From the NCBI GenBank assembly GCA_963514005.1, contig OY740793.1, positions 20,026,001-20,090,000 of the forward strand: 64,000 nt of DNA. Reading direction: 5' to 3'. The stretch comes from Raja brachyura (lineage: Eukaryota). The stretch's first letter is position 1. Every line of letters starts with the position of its first letter. Under the pieces are notes generated by a model. That model was not told where the DNA came from and did not search any database. It saw nothing but the letters and a program-made list of their open reading frames with translations. The position numbers were made by a program, and so were the translations under genes. Shown in pieces: positions 1-12,494 of the stretch.

Positions 1-365
1 AATTATCTAACAACAAAGGTTGGTTTGAAATGATAGTTTAAGCAGTTCAAGAATCAATTGTCCCACGATTTGTTGCTGCTAATTTCAGGGATTGACTCTT
101 GGTATTTAGTGACGACGTTCAGATCAAAATTAATGTTATAATGGCCACATATGACAGCGACACCTCCCTCCCTCCGCTCACTCCCAAGAAAACCATTGTG
201 GAGAATGTTTAGAATCTAAATTAGGCAGGAGCAAACTTTGTGCTGTCTGCTCATTTACAAGATTTTAGCACCCAGTCAAACACACACAATTCATTGTTAG
301 GAAAAAAAAAATATGATGCCAATGTTGTGAATGACAGGCTTTTATTATAGCTACCTTACATAAAA

Positions 366-772
366 GCGCAGAAGGTTAAGGGGGGACTTGATTGAGGTCT
401 TTAAAATGATGAAAGGGATAGACAGAGTTGACGTGGATAAGCTTTTTCCATTGAGGGTAGGGCAGATTTAAACAAGAGGGCATGACATGAGAATTAAGGG
501 ACAGAAGTTTAGGGGTAACATGAGGGGGAACATCTTTACTCAGAGAGTGGTTGGTAGCTGTGTGGAATGATCTTCCAGCAGAAGTGGTGGAGGCAGGATC
601 GATTTTAACATTTAAAAGTAAAGTGGATAGGTATATGGACGGGAAGGGAATGGAGGGGTATGGTCTGAGTGCAGCTAGATGGGACTAGGGGAAAATAAAT
701 GGTCGGCATGGACTGGAAGGGCCGAGAAGGCCTGTTTCCGTGCTGTAATTGTTATATGGTTATATGGTTATA
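366..772 (+). mobile_element. CR1-clade LINE 3' fragment
   Basis: Encodes the degenerate RT C-terminus (RRLRGDLIEVFK...TRGH...FTQRVV), then 3' UTR ending GGCCTGTTTCCGTGCTGT and a (TTATATGG)n tail. Confidence 0.85.
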
Positions 773-815
773 AGAGTGCTCGTGTAACATTTCATAATTT
801 TGCAACACTATTTAA

Positions 816-1553
816 AGGGCCTGACCCACTTGGGCGACCTAATCTGCGAGTTTAGAAGAGTTTGCCCTTGACTCAAACTCGCAGCATGGTCGACACGTGG
901 TCCTAGAAGGTCCTATGAGGTCGCTGGAACTCTCCTTCATGCTCGAGGGAAGTTCCCGAATACTCACGGCCTCAGCTAGGTCGTGGAAACATTTTCAGCA
1001 TATTGAAAACATTTCCGCGAGTAAAATTTGGTCGGCATGGCTCTTTTAAACTCGTAGTGCAGTGGAGTGGGGTCACTATTTAATTGAAGGCACTCGAGGG
1101 CAGCCGTAGGCAATCTCCTTCGCTGACCGGGCATTTTGTTTGGCTCATTGGAGTTTTCAGGACACAGGAAGACCTACTAGTAGGTTAAATGCCCACTAAA
1201 CATTATTAAATATGTCTCCACTCCTTCTCCCCCCTTTCTCCCTCCCCTTCTCCCCTCCTCACTCCGCATTCTCTAAAAGACTTACCGTTACCGTGGCAGC
1301 CGTTTACCTTCCTCTTCATCGCACAGACAGCGCTCCTCCACTCTCCCTGGCCCCCTGCCATTGCAGTGTGTGTGTGTGTGCGTGGTCGGTCGATGCAGCT
1401 CGCGGTTTCAACGCAGACGGGTCGATCCAGCTCGGGGTTTCAACGTGGACGGTCGATCGAGCTGGAGGCTTTCCAGGTGAGTACCCTCGAGCTGGAAGGT
1501 CGAAGACACTCTTTTTAACTCGCCGATTAGGTCGCCCAAGTGGGATAATCCCT
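816..1553. mobile_element. Non-autonomous DNA transposon (MITE), PIF/Harbinger-like
   Basis: About 46-bp imperfect TIRs: AGGGCCTGACCCACTTGGGCGACCTAATCTGCGAGTTTAGAAGAGT versus the reverse complement of the right end, AGGGATTATCCCACTTGGGCGACCTAATCGGCGAGTTAAAAAGAGT. Flanked by TAA (813-815) and TAG (1554-1556). No transposase; internal (TG)n. Confidence 0.8.
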
Positions 1554-1802
1554 TAGGCGCTGGAGAAATTTAGAAGGCCAGGCAACATCTATTGAGGGAA
1601 ATGAACAGACAATGTTTCGGATCTTTAGACTAAAGAAAGATCCTGATCAAAATGTTAAAATCCATTTGCATCCACTGATGCTTCTGAGTTCTTTCAGCAG
1701 GTTATTTTTTGCTCAGGATTTCAGCATTTGCAGTCAAAAAATGAATGATTAAAAACTAATCTCTGCAATCTGTGAATAAAACACATGTGAACAGTTACAT
1801 TG

Positions 1803-2370
1803 AACATAGCGAAATTCAGCACAGGAACAGGCCATTCGGCCCACATTGTCTATTCCAAACAAGGTGCCATGATAAGCTAATCTCATTTGCCTGCATATAA
1901 TACATATCCCTCCATTCCCTGTGCATATATGTGCCTGTCTAAAATCATCTTAAACACCACCTCCATATCTGCCTCCACCACCACCCTCGGCCGCGTGTTC
2001 CAGGCACTCACCACACATTGTGTAAAAAAAGCTTGGCTTGTACATTCTGTTTAAACTTTGCCGCTATCACTTTAAAGCTGCGCCCTCGAGTCTTTAACAT
2101 TTCTATCCTAAGAACAAGGTTCTTATTGTCTTCCCTATCTATATCTCTCATAATTTAATATATTTTTATCATCTCCCTCATCCTCTCGTGTTCTGGAGAA
2201 AACAATCGAAGTCTGCTTTACCTCTATATATAGCTCATACCCTCTAATCCAGGCAGCATTCAGGTAAACCTGCACCCTCTCCATAGAAATAGTATCTCCA
2301 TTTCTATGTCTCTCCACATTCTTCCTCTAATGGGGTGACCAAAACTGCAAGCAATACTCCAAATGCAGCT
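1803..2370 (-). mobile_element. Degraded CR1-type LINE 3' fragment
   Basis: The reverse complement matches the 3' UTR and RT-end pattern of the other CR1 copies (GGCCATTCGGCCC, TGTGTAAAAAA, ACCTCTATA). Confidence 0.6.
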
Positions 2371-2624
2371 AAATGCCTCAAACACTGCGGTGAGGAAATT
2401 CTGAAGTGATGTCCTGGGGTTGGAATGACGAGTTTCCAAGAATGAAAAATCTGCCTTCCTTCAGCTTTTCTTGATCTTTCCATGCTTTTGAGAACAGGAT
2501 ATGCTTGGCCAATTTTCCACATCCTTGGTTTGATGTCAGTGTGACAACTGTACTGGAAAAATTTGGCTAGAGAAAGAATGGTCCCGACTGTAGCTGAAAA
2601 ATAAAGTTTGGTCATTCATTCCTG

Positions 2625-4128
2625 GAAACATAGAAACATAGAAATTAGGTGCAGGAGTAGGCCATTCGGCCCTTCGAGCCTGCACCGCCATTCAATATGA
2701 TCATGGCTGATTATCCAACTCAGTATCCCGTACCTGCCTTCTCTCCATACCCTCTGATCCCCTTAGCCACAAGGGCCACATCTAAATCCCTCTTAAATAT
2801 AGCCAATGAACTGGCCTCAACTACCCTCTGTGGCAGAGAGTTCCAGAGACCCACCACTCTCTGTGTGAAAAAAGTCTTTCTCATCTCGGTCTTAAAGGAT
2901 TTCCCCCTTATCCTTAAGCTGTGACCCCTTGTCCTGGACTTCCCCAAAATCGAGAACAATCTTCCTGCATCTAGCCTGTCCAACCCCTTTAGAATGTTGT
3001 AAGTTTCTATAAGATCCCCCCTCAATCTCCTAAATTCTAGAGAGTATAAACCGAGTCTATCCAGTCTTTCATCATAAGACAGTCCTGCCATCCCAGGAAT
3101 CAGTCTGGTGAACCTTCTCTGCACTCCCTCTATGGCAATAATGTCCTTCCTCAGATTTGGAGACCAAAACTGTACGCAATACTCCAGGTGTGGTCTCACC
3201 AAGACCCTGTACAACTGAAGTAGAACCTCCCTGCTCCTATACTCAAATCTTTTTGCTATTAAAGCTAACATACCATTCGCTTTCTTCACTGCCTGCTGCA
3301 CCTGCATGCCTACTTTAAATGACTGGTGTACCATGACACCCAGGTCTCGCTGCATCTCCCCTTTTCCTAATCGACCACCATTCAGATAATAGTCTACTTT
3401 CCTGTTTTTGCCACCAAAGTGGATAACCTCACATTTATCCACATTATACTGCATCAGTCAAACATTTGCCCACTCACCCAGCCTATCCAAGTCACCTTGC
3501 AGTCTCCTAGCATCCTCCTCACAGCTAACACTGCTCCCCAGCTTAGTGTCATTCGCAAACTTGGAGATATTGCCTTAAATTCCCTCATCCAGATAATTAA
3601 TATATATTGTAAATAGCTGGGGTCCCAGCACTGGGCCTTGCGGTACCCCACTAGTCACTGCCTGCCATTGTGAAAACGACCCGTTTACTCCTACTCTTTG
3701 CTTCCTGTTTGCAAGCCAGTTCTCTATCCACATCAATACTGAACCCCCAATGCCGTATGCTTTAAGTTTGTATACTAATCTCTTATGTGGGACCTTGTCG
3801 AAAGCCTTCTGGAAGTCCAGATACACCACATCCACTGGTTCTCCCTTATCCACGCTACTAGTTACATCCTCGAAAAATTCCACAAGATTCGTCAGACATG
3901 ATTTACCTTTCATAAATCCATGCTGACTTTGTCCAATGATTTCACCACTTTCCAAATGTGCTGCTATCCCATCTTTAATAACTGACTCTAGCAGTTTCCC
4001 CACTACCGATGTTAGACTAACTGGTCTGTAATTCCCGGTTTTCTCTCTCCCTCCCTTCTTAAAAAGAGGGGTTATGTTTGCTACCCGCCAATCCTCAGGA
4101 ACTACTCCAGAATCTAAAGAGTTTTGAA
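2625..4128 (-). mobile_element. Young 5'-truncated CR1 (HER1-like) LINE with RT domain
   Basis: ORFs 3575-4003 ([32 protein letters not shown]) and 2720-3454 ([13 protein letters not shown]) are separated by a frameshift. The catalytic motif reads KFANDTK (D to N). (TTTCTATG)n tail. Confidence 0.95.
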
Positions 4129-4344
4129 ACAGTCCTCAAGAGAACTTCTGCTTTTCCTTACAACAGCAAACAAAAAAGGATCTTAGGTTATTAGTCTTGG
4201 CATCATTTCCCACTGAAATCTGAAGAAATTATCTTCATCAATATTAAAATCTGATTTTATCCACATGATCATACAACTTCCAGTTATGTGACAAATCACA
4301 ATGGCAAACAAGCTTTAATTAAGCTGTTTAACACATTGAGCATT

Positions 4345-4590
4345 ACAAAATAGAGAGCAGTCCTGGACTATTATCTACCTCATTGAAGACCCTCGGACAA
4401 GCTTTGATCGGACTTTACTGGCTTTATCTTGCATTAAACGTTATTCACAATATTATCTTCATCATGCATTTGTACACTGTGGATGGCTCGATTGTAATCA
4501 TGTATTGTCTCTCCGCTGGCTGGTTAGCATGCAACAAAGCTTTTCACTGTACCTTGGTGTGCGTGACAATAAACTAAACTCAAAACTCAC
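4345..4590 (+). mobile_element. Rex1/Babar-type LINE 3' UTR fragment
   Basis: Ends ...AAAGCTTTTCACTGTACCTTGGTGTGCGTGACAATAAACTAAAC. The same tail recurs on the minus strand at about 6211-6490 and about 63510-63600. Confidence 0.55.
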
Positions 4591-4859
4591 AAATGGGTTC
4601 TTAATAATGTTAGTTCCACTAATCGCAAGAAGTTGTTAAACTAAGGAGAATGTATAATATCACCATTCCAAACTGATTGTAATGTTTGTAGTCTTCTGCA
4701 TCATAATACATTCACTCAGTTCTTCATGCCAAATATGGTCGCAAATTCAACTACTTTGTCCCAGCGTTCACATGCGGACATTAGCCATTGTTTTAAATAG
4801 TGTAAAGATGTGAACTACTCTTTTCAAAAAGGGAAAAGCACTAAATTGTATTCAATTAT

Positions 4860-5586
4860 AGAAATATAGAAACATAGAAATTAGGTGCAGGAATAGGCCA
4901 TTCGGCCCTTCGAGCCTGCACCGCCATTCAATATGATCATGGCTGATCATCCAACTCAGTATCCCGTACCTGCCTTCTCTCCATACCCTCTAATCCCCTT
5001 AGCCACAAGGGCCACATCTAACTCCCTCTTAAATATATCCAATGAACTGGCCTCAACTACCCTCTGTGGCAGAGAGTTCCAGAGACCCACCACTCTCTGT
5101 GTGAAAAAATTCCTTCTCATCTCGGTCCTAAAGGGTTTCCCCCTTATCCTTAAGCTGTGACCCCTTGTCCTGGACCTCCCCAACATCGGGAACAATCTTC
5201 CTGCATCTAGCCTGTCCAACCCCTTAAGAATCTTGTAAGTTTCTATAAGATCCCCTCTCAATCTCCTAAATTCTAGAGAGTATAAACCGAGTCTATGCAG
5301 TCTTTGTTCATAAGACAGTCCTGACATCCCAGGAATCAGTCTGGTGAACCTTCGCTGCACTCCCTCTATGGCAATAATGTCCTTCCTCAGATTTGGAGAC
5401 CAGAACTGTACGCAATACTCCAGGTGTGGCCTCACCAAGACCCTATACAACTGAAGTAGAACCTCCCTGCTCCTATACTCAAATCCTTTTGCTATGAAAG
5501 CTAACATACCATTGGCTTTCTTCACTGCCTGCTGTACCTGCATGCCTACTTTCAATGACTGGTGTACCATGACACCCAGGTCGCGC
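4860..5586 (-). mobile_element. Young 5'-truncated CR1 LINE with 8-bp TSD
   Basis: ORF 4956-5570 is nearly identical to 2720-3454. TCAATTAT is duplicated at 4852-4859 and 5587-5594. Confidence 0.95.
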
Positions 5587-7429
5587 TCAATTATGAGTGA
5601 TGCATAATATATGCATTTATTTTTGTGCAGTTGAAAGCATTTAATCTGCTGCTATGATCATTAACTATTGTTTGGCAAGTAACTCTTCTTACTTGAAAGG
5701 AAAATATATTTTCTATAAAAGGTCCAAATCTTTTCCTTCAATGACCACCGATCATTTTTCTTCCCTTATGGATGAGTTAATCGTTATATCTTTATCAGCA
5801 ATTTGAATGATCTTATTCTAACCCTGTGTAGTGCCATAAATATAAATTATCACTGAGAAAATGGTGAACTGCTAAAACACACACATCTTGTTTATTCCAC
5901 TCCTTTCGACAATGTGATGTATTTCACACATGATGTGCATATCACACATTTGCATTGACTACAGGAGAAACAAATTATAAAAGAGACACAATTACAGAAA
6001 ATGCTGGAAATATTCAGCAGATCTGGCAACATGGGTGAGAGAAACAGAGATAACAATTCAGAATAATGACTTTTCATTGGAACCAAGAAACGTTGGGTGT
6101 AAGGAACTGGCAGGTAGCCTGCTTGTGTAACCTAAATTTTGAATAGAGCACATAGAACAGTACAGCCCAGAAACAAACCCTTTGGGCCACAATGTTTATG
6201 CCGAACATGGTTTAGTTCAGTTTATTGTCACACGTACAAAGGTACAGTGAAAAGCTTTTCATAACGTGATATCCAGTTAGTGGAAAGGCTATATGTGATT
6301 ACAGTCAAGCCGTTACACAGTGTACAGATACAAGATAAAGGGAATAACATTTAGTGCACGATAAAGTCCAATAAAGTCTGAATAAAGATGGTCTGAGGAT
6401 CTCCAATGTGGCAGATGGCAGTCCAGGACCGCTCTCTAGTTGGTGATTGAATGGTTTAGTTGCCTGATAACAGCTGGGAATCTGTTCAGACTTGAAGACT
6501 TCTTCACACCTGAAGACTTCTCCATCCTAGATCGCAGCATCTCCAGTTTTTTGTATCTTCATTTCTATGTCTCTCCATGTTTTACACCAAGGATTCTAGA
6601 TCATTGCCAAAGTCCTTGGGGCATGTTCTGTAGCATTTTGAGCCATTGTGAGAAAAGTCTTCAATATCACGCTACTTTCAGAAACTTCGTCAGCCACAAC
6701 AATTTTTTTTTTTTTTGACGATCAGCAAAATTGGCCCTCCCTACTGATGCATACCACAAATGAACAGTGTATGGAGTGCTGGTTACTCACAGTTATCGTG
6801 GAAATCAGCAGGGGGAGCAAATTAAACATCTTCCTTATATTGGAACCATATATCTAATCCTCATCTAATAAAAGTCCATCATTCCCAGTAATGAAAGTTG
6901 TAATTGACTCTACATCTATAAAATGTGCAGGGAAAATTCTAGGTGCTTTCTGATTTCACTCCTGAATGGCTTAATTCTAATTTTAGTATAATGCATCCTT
7001 CTTTCAGATATCCATCACCAAAGAAAATAATTTCTTATATCCACTCATTCAAATCTCATTACCATTATAAGGCAATAATTATATTACTCCTTAATCTTCT
7101 AAACTCAAGGGAATACAAAGCTTGTCCGTGCAACTGAGATAATGTAATCCCTTAAGCATTGGTATAATTATGCACAAATCCGCAATACACAACCTTCAGA
7201 GGCCTGAAGTTCACAGTTCAAATCCGAGTGCAGTCGTTCAGATGGGTGTACATTACAGTAAGCCTTTTAAGAACTTTATAACCTCTGAATTCAGTTTTGT
7301 ATGATCATAGTATTTGTACAAATGTCCTACAGCTTTTTAAGAGATGTTAGTTTCTAACCATTTAGAGACTATGTCTTTCCTAAAGTCTAAGAGAATGACA
7401 TCCTGCTTCCCACAATTAATTACTCGGAC

Positions 7430-7978
7430 TGCGGCGGCTGCCAAGGGTCGGGCCATCCTAACTGTCAAACCCCTCGGCACGGGAATGGTTCAGTCCAGAG
7501 GCGTGTCGATTGACCGGTTGAAGCCGGCACATCTGGACATTGACGAGCCGGTGCTGGTTGCCCGACCTCGGCCTCGAGGGCGCCCCCCCCCTTCACCGCT
7601 CCCTCCGCCTGTCACTCCACCTGTCCTCCCGCCGGTCCCTCCGCCTGTCACTCCACCTGTTCTCCCGCCAGCCCCTCGGTCGGCTAACGTCCGCACGCGG
7701 TCCGGCCGGGTTGTGCGCCCGCCGGTGTGTTTCGTGCCTCGGGTTCTGGGGGCGGGGGGTCCTGTGGCGGCTCCCAACGGTCGGGCCATCCTAACTGTCA
7801 CACCCCTGGGCACGGGAATGGTTCAGTCCAGAGGCGGCCCTTGACCAGAGGGTTTAAAGGCAAGGGTTTTGGGTGCCATTCTTCTCTCGTGGACTTCCTT
7901 ACGACACGAAAGGACAAAATAAAAGGTACTTCCCACTACACCTGGCTTCTCGCTTTGATTTCGGGATCGTACCCCACA
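7430..7978 (+). mobile_element. Internally deleted Ty3/Gypsy LTR retrotransposon (CsRn1-like)
   Basis: Complete 3' LTR 7763-7978 (TGTGG...CCACA, TTTAAA, AATAAA) preceded by a G-rich PPT. The first 74 bp of the 5' LTR (7430-7503) is fused to the integrase C-terminus (VSIDRLKPAHLD...RTRSGRVVR). GGAC TSD at 7426-7429 and 7979-7982. Confidence 0.92.
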
Positions 7979-8164
7979 GGACGACAGTTTGATCCGTTCA
8001 TTTTACAACCCCATGACGCTTGACATCTTCCTTATCCCCTTGTAAGAACATTCTTTACAGCTGATGGTAAAGACAGTAACTCAGTCAGTACTGACAGTAA
8101 CAGTATAGCAGTCAGTAATACCTGGGCATGGTCCCCATTCAATTAGATCATGGCTGATCTGGTA

Positions 8165-8675
8165 CTCCCATTACAGAAAGAATGTGGAGGCTTTAGAGAA
8201 GTTACAGAAGAGGTTTACCAGAATGCCGCCTGAATTAGATTATATTAGCTACAAGTAGAGGTTGGATAAACTTGAATTGTCATATTGAATTGAATTGTTT
8301 TCTCTGGGGCTTTGGAGGTTGAGTGGAATGATAGAAGTATATAAAATTATGAGAGGTATGGATAGGGTTGGTAGTCAGAGCTTTTATCCCACTTTAGAAA
8401 TGTCCAAAACTAATGGGCATAGCTCTAAGGTGAGAGGAGCTAAGTTTAAAGACCTTTTTTTTAAACACAGAGAATGGTGGGTGACTGGAAGGTGCTGTCA
8501 GGGTTGGTGGTAGAGGCAGACATGATAGTTTTTAGATGGGCACATAGAGATGCAGGGGATGGAGGGATATGGATCACATGCATCAGAAGAGATTAGTTCA
8601 ACTTTGCATCATGTTGGGCACGGGCCTAGTGGGCCGGTGGGCCTGCTCCTGTGCTGTACTTTCTATGTTCTATGA
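8165..8675 (+). mobile_element. Degraded CR1 LINE 3' fragment
   Basis: ORF 8295-8513 (IEVYKIMRGMDRV) followed by the CR1 3' UTR and a (TTCTATG)n tail. Confidence 0.8.
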
Positions 8676-9147
8676 TCTGCTCTTGCTCACAGCATTATCA
8701 TGGTGGCTTCCCAATAATCTTTGATTCCTCTATTGACTAAATATCTTTCTCAGCCGTGAATAACATTTCACAGATTCACAATATTCTGAGAGAAGAACTT
8801 CCCATCACCATCTTAAATAATCAACCCTTTATTCATAAACTATTCAAAACTATGCATTATGTATAAACTATGAAAAATATTCATACAGTTTCCACTCAAT
8901 CAAATCTCCACAGAATCCTATATGCTTCAGTAAGATCTCATTCAATAAAGTACAATTTTATAAATCATTTGTCATAAAACTATCCATTAATCTTAAACAA
9001 CCCAAAAAGTACACCGAAAACAAACGTTTCCCTTCTTAAAAGGATACCAAGACTCCAGGTGTGGTTTGTCAAAAAGCCTTTGACAGCTACAGCAGGGCTT
9101 TTATATTTTGGTGATGCAAGAAACTGCAGAAACTGGCTTACAAAGAA

Positions 9148-9320
9148 AGACACAAAGTGCTGGAGTAACTCAGAGATCAGGCAGCATTTCTGGAGAAAAT
9201 AGATAGGTGATGTTTCGGGTCTGACTGGTCTGAAGAAGAATCCTAACCCAAAAATGTCACCCATCCATGTTCTCCAGAGATTCTGCCTGACCCACAGAGT
9301 TACTCCAGCATCTTGTGTTC
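9148..9320. repeat. Palindromic Penelope-derived repeat with degenerate hammerhead core
   Basis: The arms GACACAAAGTGCTGGAGTAACTC and GAGTTACTCCAGCATCTTGTGT are reverse complements; CTGAAGA lies in the centre. Confidence 0.7.
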
Positions 9321-9562
9321 TTTTCTATACCTTGATGCTGACTCACTCCCCCCCCCCCCCCCCCATGCAATGAATGAGAAAGAAAACAGAAATTATTTAT
9401 GAATCTAATGCTAGCTCAATTGACGTAAGTATATGGAATGTTTGCATGTTTTGATTAGGTACATAAATTGAGCTGGATTTAGCGCCTCACGTGTGTGCGC
9501 GCATGTAGCCGCCGAGAAATCGTGTGTCCCCCAATTTTTTGACAGCGATTTCCGTGCCTGAT

Positions 9563-10002
9563 TCGACCCATCAAGTCTACTCCGCCATTCAATCATGGCT
9601 GATCTATCTTTCTCAATTGTGCTGTCTCCTGCCTTCACCCCATACACCCTTACTAATCAAGAATCTGTCAATCTCCACCTTAAAAATATCCATTAGCTTG
9701 GGCTCCAAAGCTGTCTGTGGCAATTCATTCCACAGATTCACCACAACCTGACTAAAGAAATTCCTTCTCTTCACCCTTCTAAAGGTATGTCCTTTTTTTT
9801 CCTGAGGGTATGGCCTCAGGCCCTAGACTCTCCTACTACTGGAAATATCCTTTCTACGTTCACCCTATCCAGGCATTTTACTATTCAATAAGTTTCAATG
9901 AGGTCCTCTCATCCTTCTAAACTCCAGTGAGTACAGGCCCACTACCTTCAAACGCTCATCATATATTAACCCAATCATTCCTGGGATCATTCTTGTAAAC
10001 CT
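9563..10002 (-). mobile_element. CR1 LINE 3' fragment
   Basis: CR1 3' UTR (CATTCAATCATGGCTGATCT) plus RT-end sequence (ATTCCACAGATTCACCAC). Confidence 0.8.
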
Positions 10003-10734
10003 GAGTATTCCTAACACTGTTCCTCACCCCTTCACCTTGGTGAATACAGATGCAAAGTATTTTTAATGTAGCTATTAAAAAGCCTTGGGATTTTCTTTAA
10101 TCTGACTCGCCAAAAAGATTTCATGGCTCCTCTTGGTCTTTCTAATTGCCCACTTGAGTTCTTTCCTGCTTGCTTTAGAGAATCTTCAAAAGCAGAGAGT
10201 CCAAGTCCTGTAATAAAGAAAATAAAATGCAGTGTGAAACATAGTGTACCTGCTAGAACCAGCAGACTGAATGGAGTTCAATGTCAATCAGTCTCATGCC
10301 CCGACATGACTTTCAATCTGATGGCAGTAAAACAAATTTGCATTACCAACAAGCTCATACCTTTGCTCTCTGTAGGCTAATCCACCTTTAGAGAATCACT
10401 CATTCATGCCACGTAGATGATTGCATGCTTTTGCAGTTTCAGTTGTCCTGTCAGCAACTTCTGGGAAGAGAAGAACATGTCAGGGCACCTCAGAGGTACA
10501 GTAATTCTACAAAATTAAAGATGCATGATGTGTGGAAGCAGAGAGAGTGCGAAAGAGTTAAAATCAGAGCGTGAGAGAGAAAGAGAGAGAGAGATTAATT
10601 AGAAACGTTGATAATTCATTAGTCCCAGCCTTCAACATATTCCTTTCGTATCTAAATTGATATCAATCACTGATACCAGCTCCCAATCTTTCCTTTGATG
10701 ATGGCTGCACAGTGGCTGCCTTACAATGCTCACA

Positions 10735-11305
10735 GTGCCACAGAAGATTCCATCCTGACTACGGGTGCTGTCTGTACAGAGTTTGTACTTTTTCCACGTG
10801 ACCGTATGGGCTTTCTCTGAGCTCTTTGGTTTCTTCTCACATTCCAAATACATATATGTTTGTAGGTTAATTGGCTTGGTATAAATGTAAAAATGATCCC
10901 TAGTGTGACAATAGACAATAAGTGCAGGAGTAGGCCATTTGGCCCTTCGAGCCAGCACCGCCATTCAATGTGATCATGGCTGATCATCCACAATCAGTAC
11001 CCCGTTCCTGCCTTCTCCCCATATCCCCTGACTCTGCTATTTTTAGGAGCCCTATCTAGCTCTCTCTTGAAAGCATCCAGAGAATTCCACAGACTCACCA
11101 CTCTCTGTGAGAAAAAGTGTTTCCGCGTCTCCGTTCTAAATGGCTTACTCCTTATTCCTAAACTGTGGCCCCTGGTTCCGGACTCCCCCAACATCGGGAA
11201 CATGTTTCCTGCCTCTAGCTTGTCCAAGCCCTTAACAATCTTATATGTTTCTTAAATGTGTGCGTAGGATAGTGTTAATGTGTGGGGATCGCTGATCTCT
11301 AAACT
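10735..11305 (+). mobile_element. tRNA-derived V-SINE (HE1-like) interrupted by a CR1
   Basis: The SINE body (CCTGACTACGGGTGCTGTCTGTACAGAGTTTGTAC...TTAATTGGCTTGG...CCCTAGTGTG) resumes after the insert as TGTGCGTAGGATAGTGTTAATG. Confidence 0.8.
10908..11250 (-). mobile_element. CR1 3' fragment nested in the SINE
   Basis: ORF 10994-11227 (...GYGEKAGTGY) with a (CTATTGT)n tail. Confidence 0.9.
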
Positions 11306-11496
11306 TAAAAGTAAAACTACTCTTTATCTGCATAGTTGACAATAAAGTCTTATTTTGAAAGGTAGCTGTATGATGGTCATACGTTGCAAGGAAGATGAAT
11401 AAAATGAACATGGCTTTGTGGTACAGAGACCCATTCATAATGAGTTGACGTTATGAGTTCCTGAAACCAACCACAGTGTTTGTACACTGTTTGTAC

Positions 11497-11685
11497 GACT
11501 TCTCTAATTTCAGGTAGTCCCTACTTTCCCTCTCCTTCCCAGCTCTCCCTCAGTCCATTGGCTCCACCTCTTCCTTTCTTCTTCCCGCCCCTCCCACATC
11601 AGTCTGAAGAAGGGTTTCAACCTATTTCCTTCGCTCCATAGATGCTGCCTCACCTGCTGAGTTTCTCCAGCATTTATGTCCACCT
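11497..11685 (+). mobile_element. Penelope-like element 3' end
   Basis: Encodes the ORF end DFSNFR*, then a pyrimidine tract, CAGTCTGAAGAAGGG (hammerhead core partly deleted) and the shared GATGCTGCC...CTGAGTTTCTCCAGCA arm. Confidence 0.65.
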
Positions 11686-12466
11686 GCAGTGTTTGTACAA
11701 ACCTAGATTGATTATAATAATGTGGACTTGTTCAGTATTGTGACAGGCTGAAAATTTTACTTGCCCATGTAACCTTCCGTGGCAGAAATACAGAGAATAT
11801 ATTAGACCATGTTGGTAAAGATGTGACAAGGAACAGAGTTAACTAGAAGCCACATCCAGCCAGAATGCTCCAAGCCAGAAAACACTGATGAGCATCAGGA
11901 TAAGGGGTCAATATACTGTCAATTGATGTAAAGCATACTAGATTGTAGAGAACAATCATTGATATGGAGTCACAAGCAGCCTGCTGGAGGAACTCAGTGC
12001 ACTGAGAACATCTGTGGTGGAAAGGGAATTGTCAATGTTTCGGGTTGAAACACTGCATCAGTCTTGATTTCTACCTGAAGTGTCGACAATTACTTCCCCC
12101 CTCACAGATGTTTGGCACAAAGGTGCTCTAGATTCCAGCACCTTTAGCCACCCGTATGTCCATTGATTGGGAGCAGATTATATATGAATGGATCAGGCAT
12201 TAGGAGTGCAATACAATTGACAATACGGTACCTGGCACTACTGTAACATAGACATGAACAAAGGGCCCTTTGTCTCAAAGTTGCATTTGGGACTGTGGCA
12301 GCTTACATAAGTTATCTGAACACTATAATTGCCAAAAATAGTCATAGTCACAGCTGATGGATTGTCAATATTTCTTTCATCAAATCCACATTTTCATTAA
12401 ACAAAATGCCTTTTAATTTTGGGGAGACGGTCCCACCAGAACTCCCTTACATATCCCTTACTTCGT

Positions 12467-12494
12467 CTGAAGAAGGGTCTCGACCCGAAACGTC
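12467..12494 (+). ncRNA. Minimal type I hammerhead-ribozyme core motif (Penelope type)
   Basis: CTGAAGA-A-GGGT(CTCG)ACCC-GAAAC-G-TC contains the CUGANGA box, stem II, the GAAA box, a palindromic ACGT stem III and a UH site. Stem I is only about 2 bp, so activity is unproven. Confidence 0.6.

Noticed and set aside
2304-2615. Minus-strand exon after the acceptor-like CTTTATTTTTCAG (about 2595)
   Set aside because: The peptide is unrecognisable, there is no convincing donor and the frame runs into a LINE remnant.
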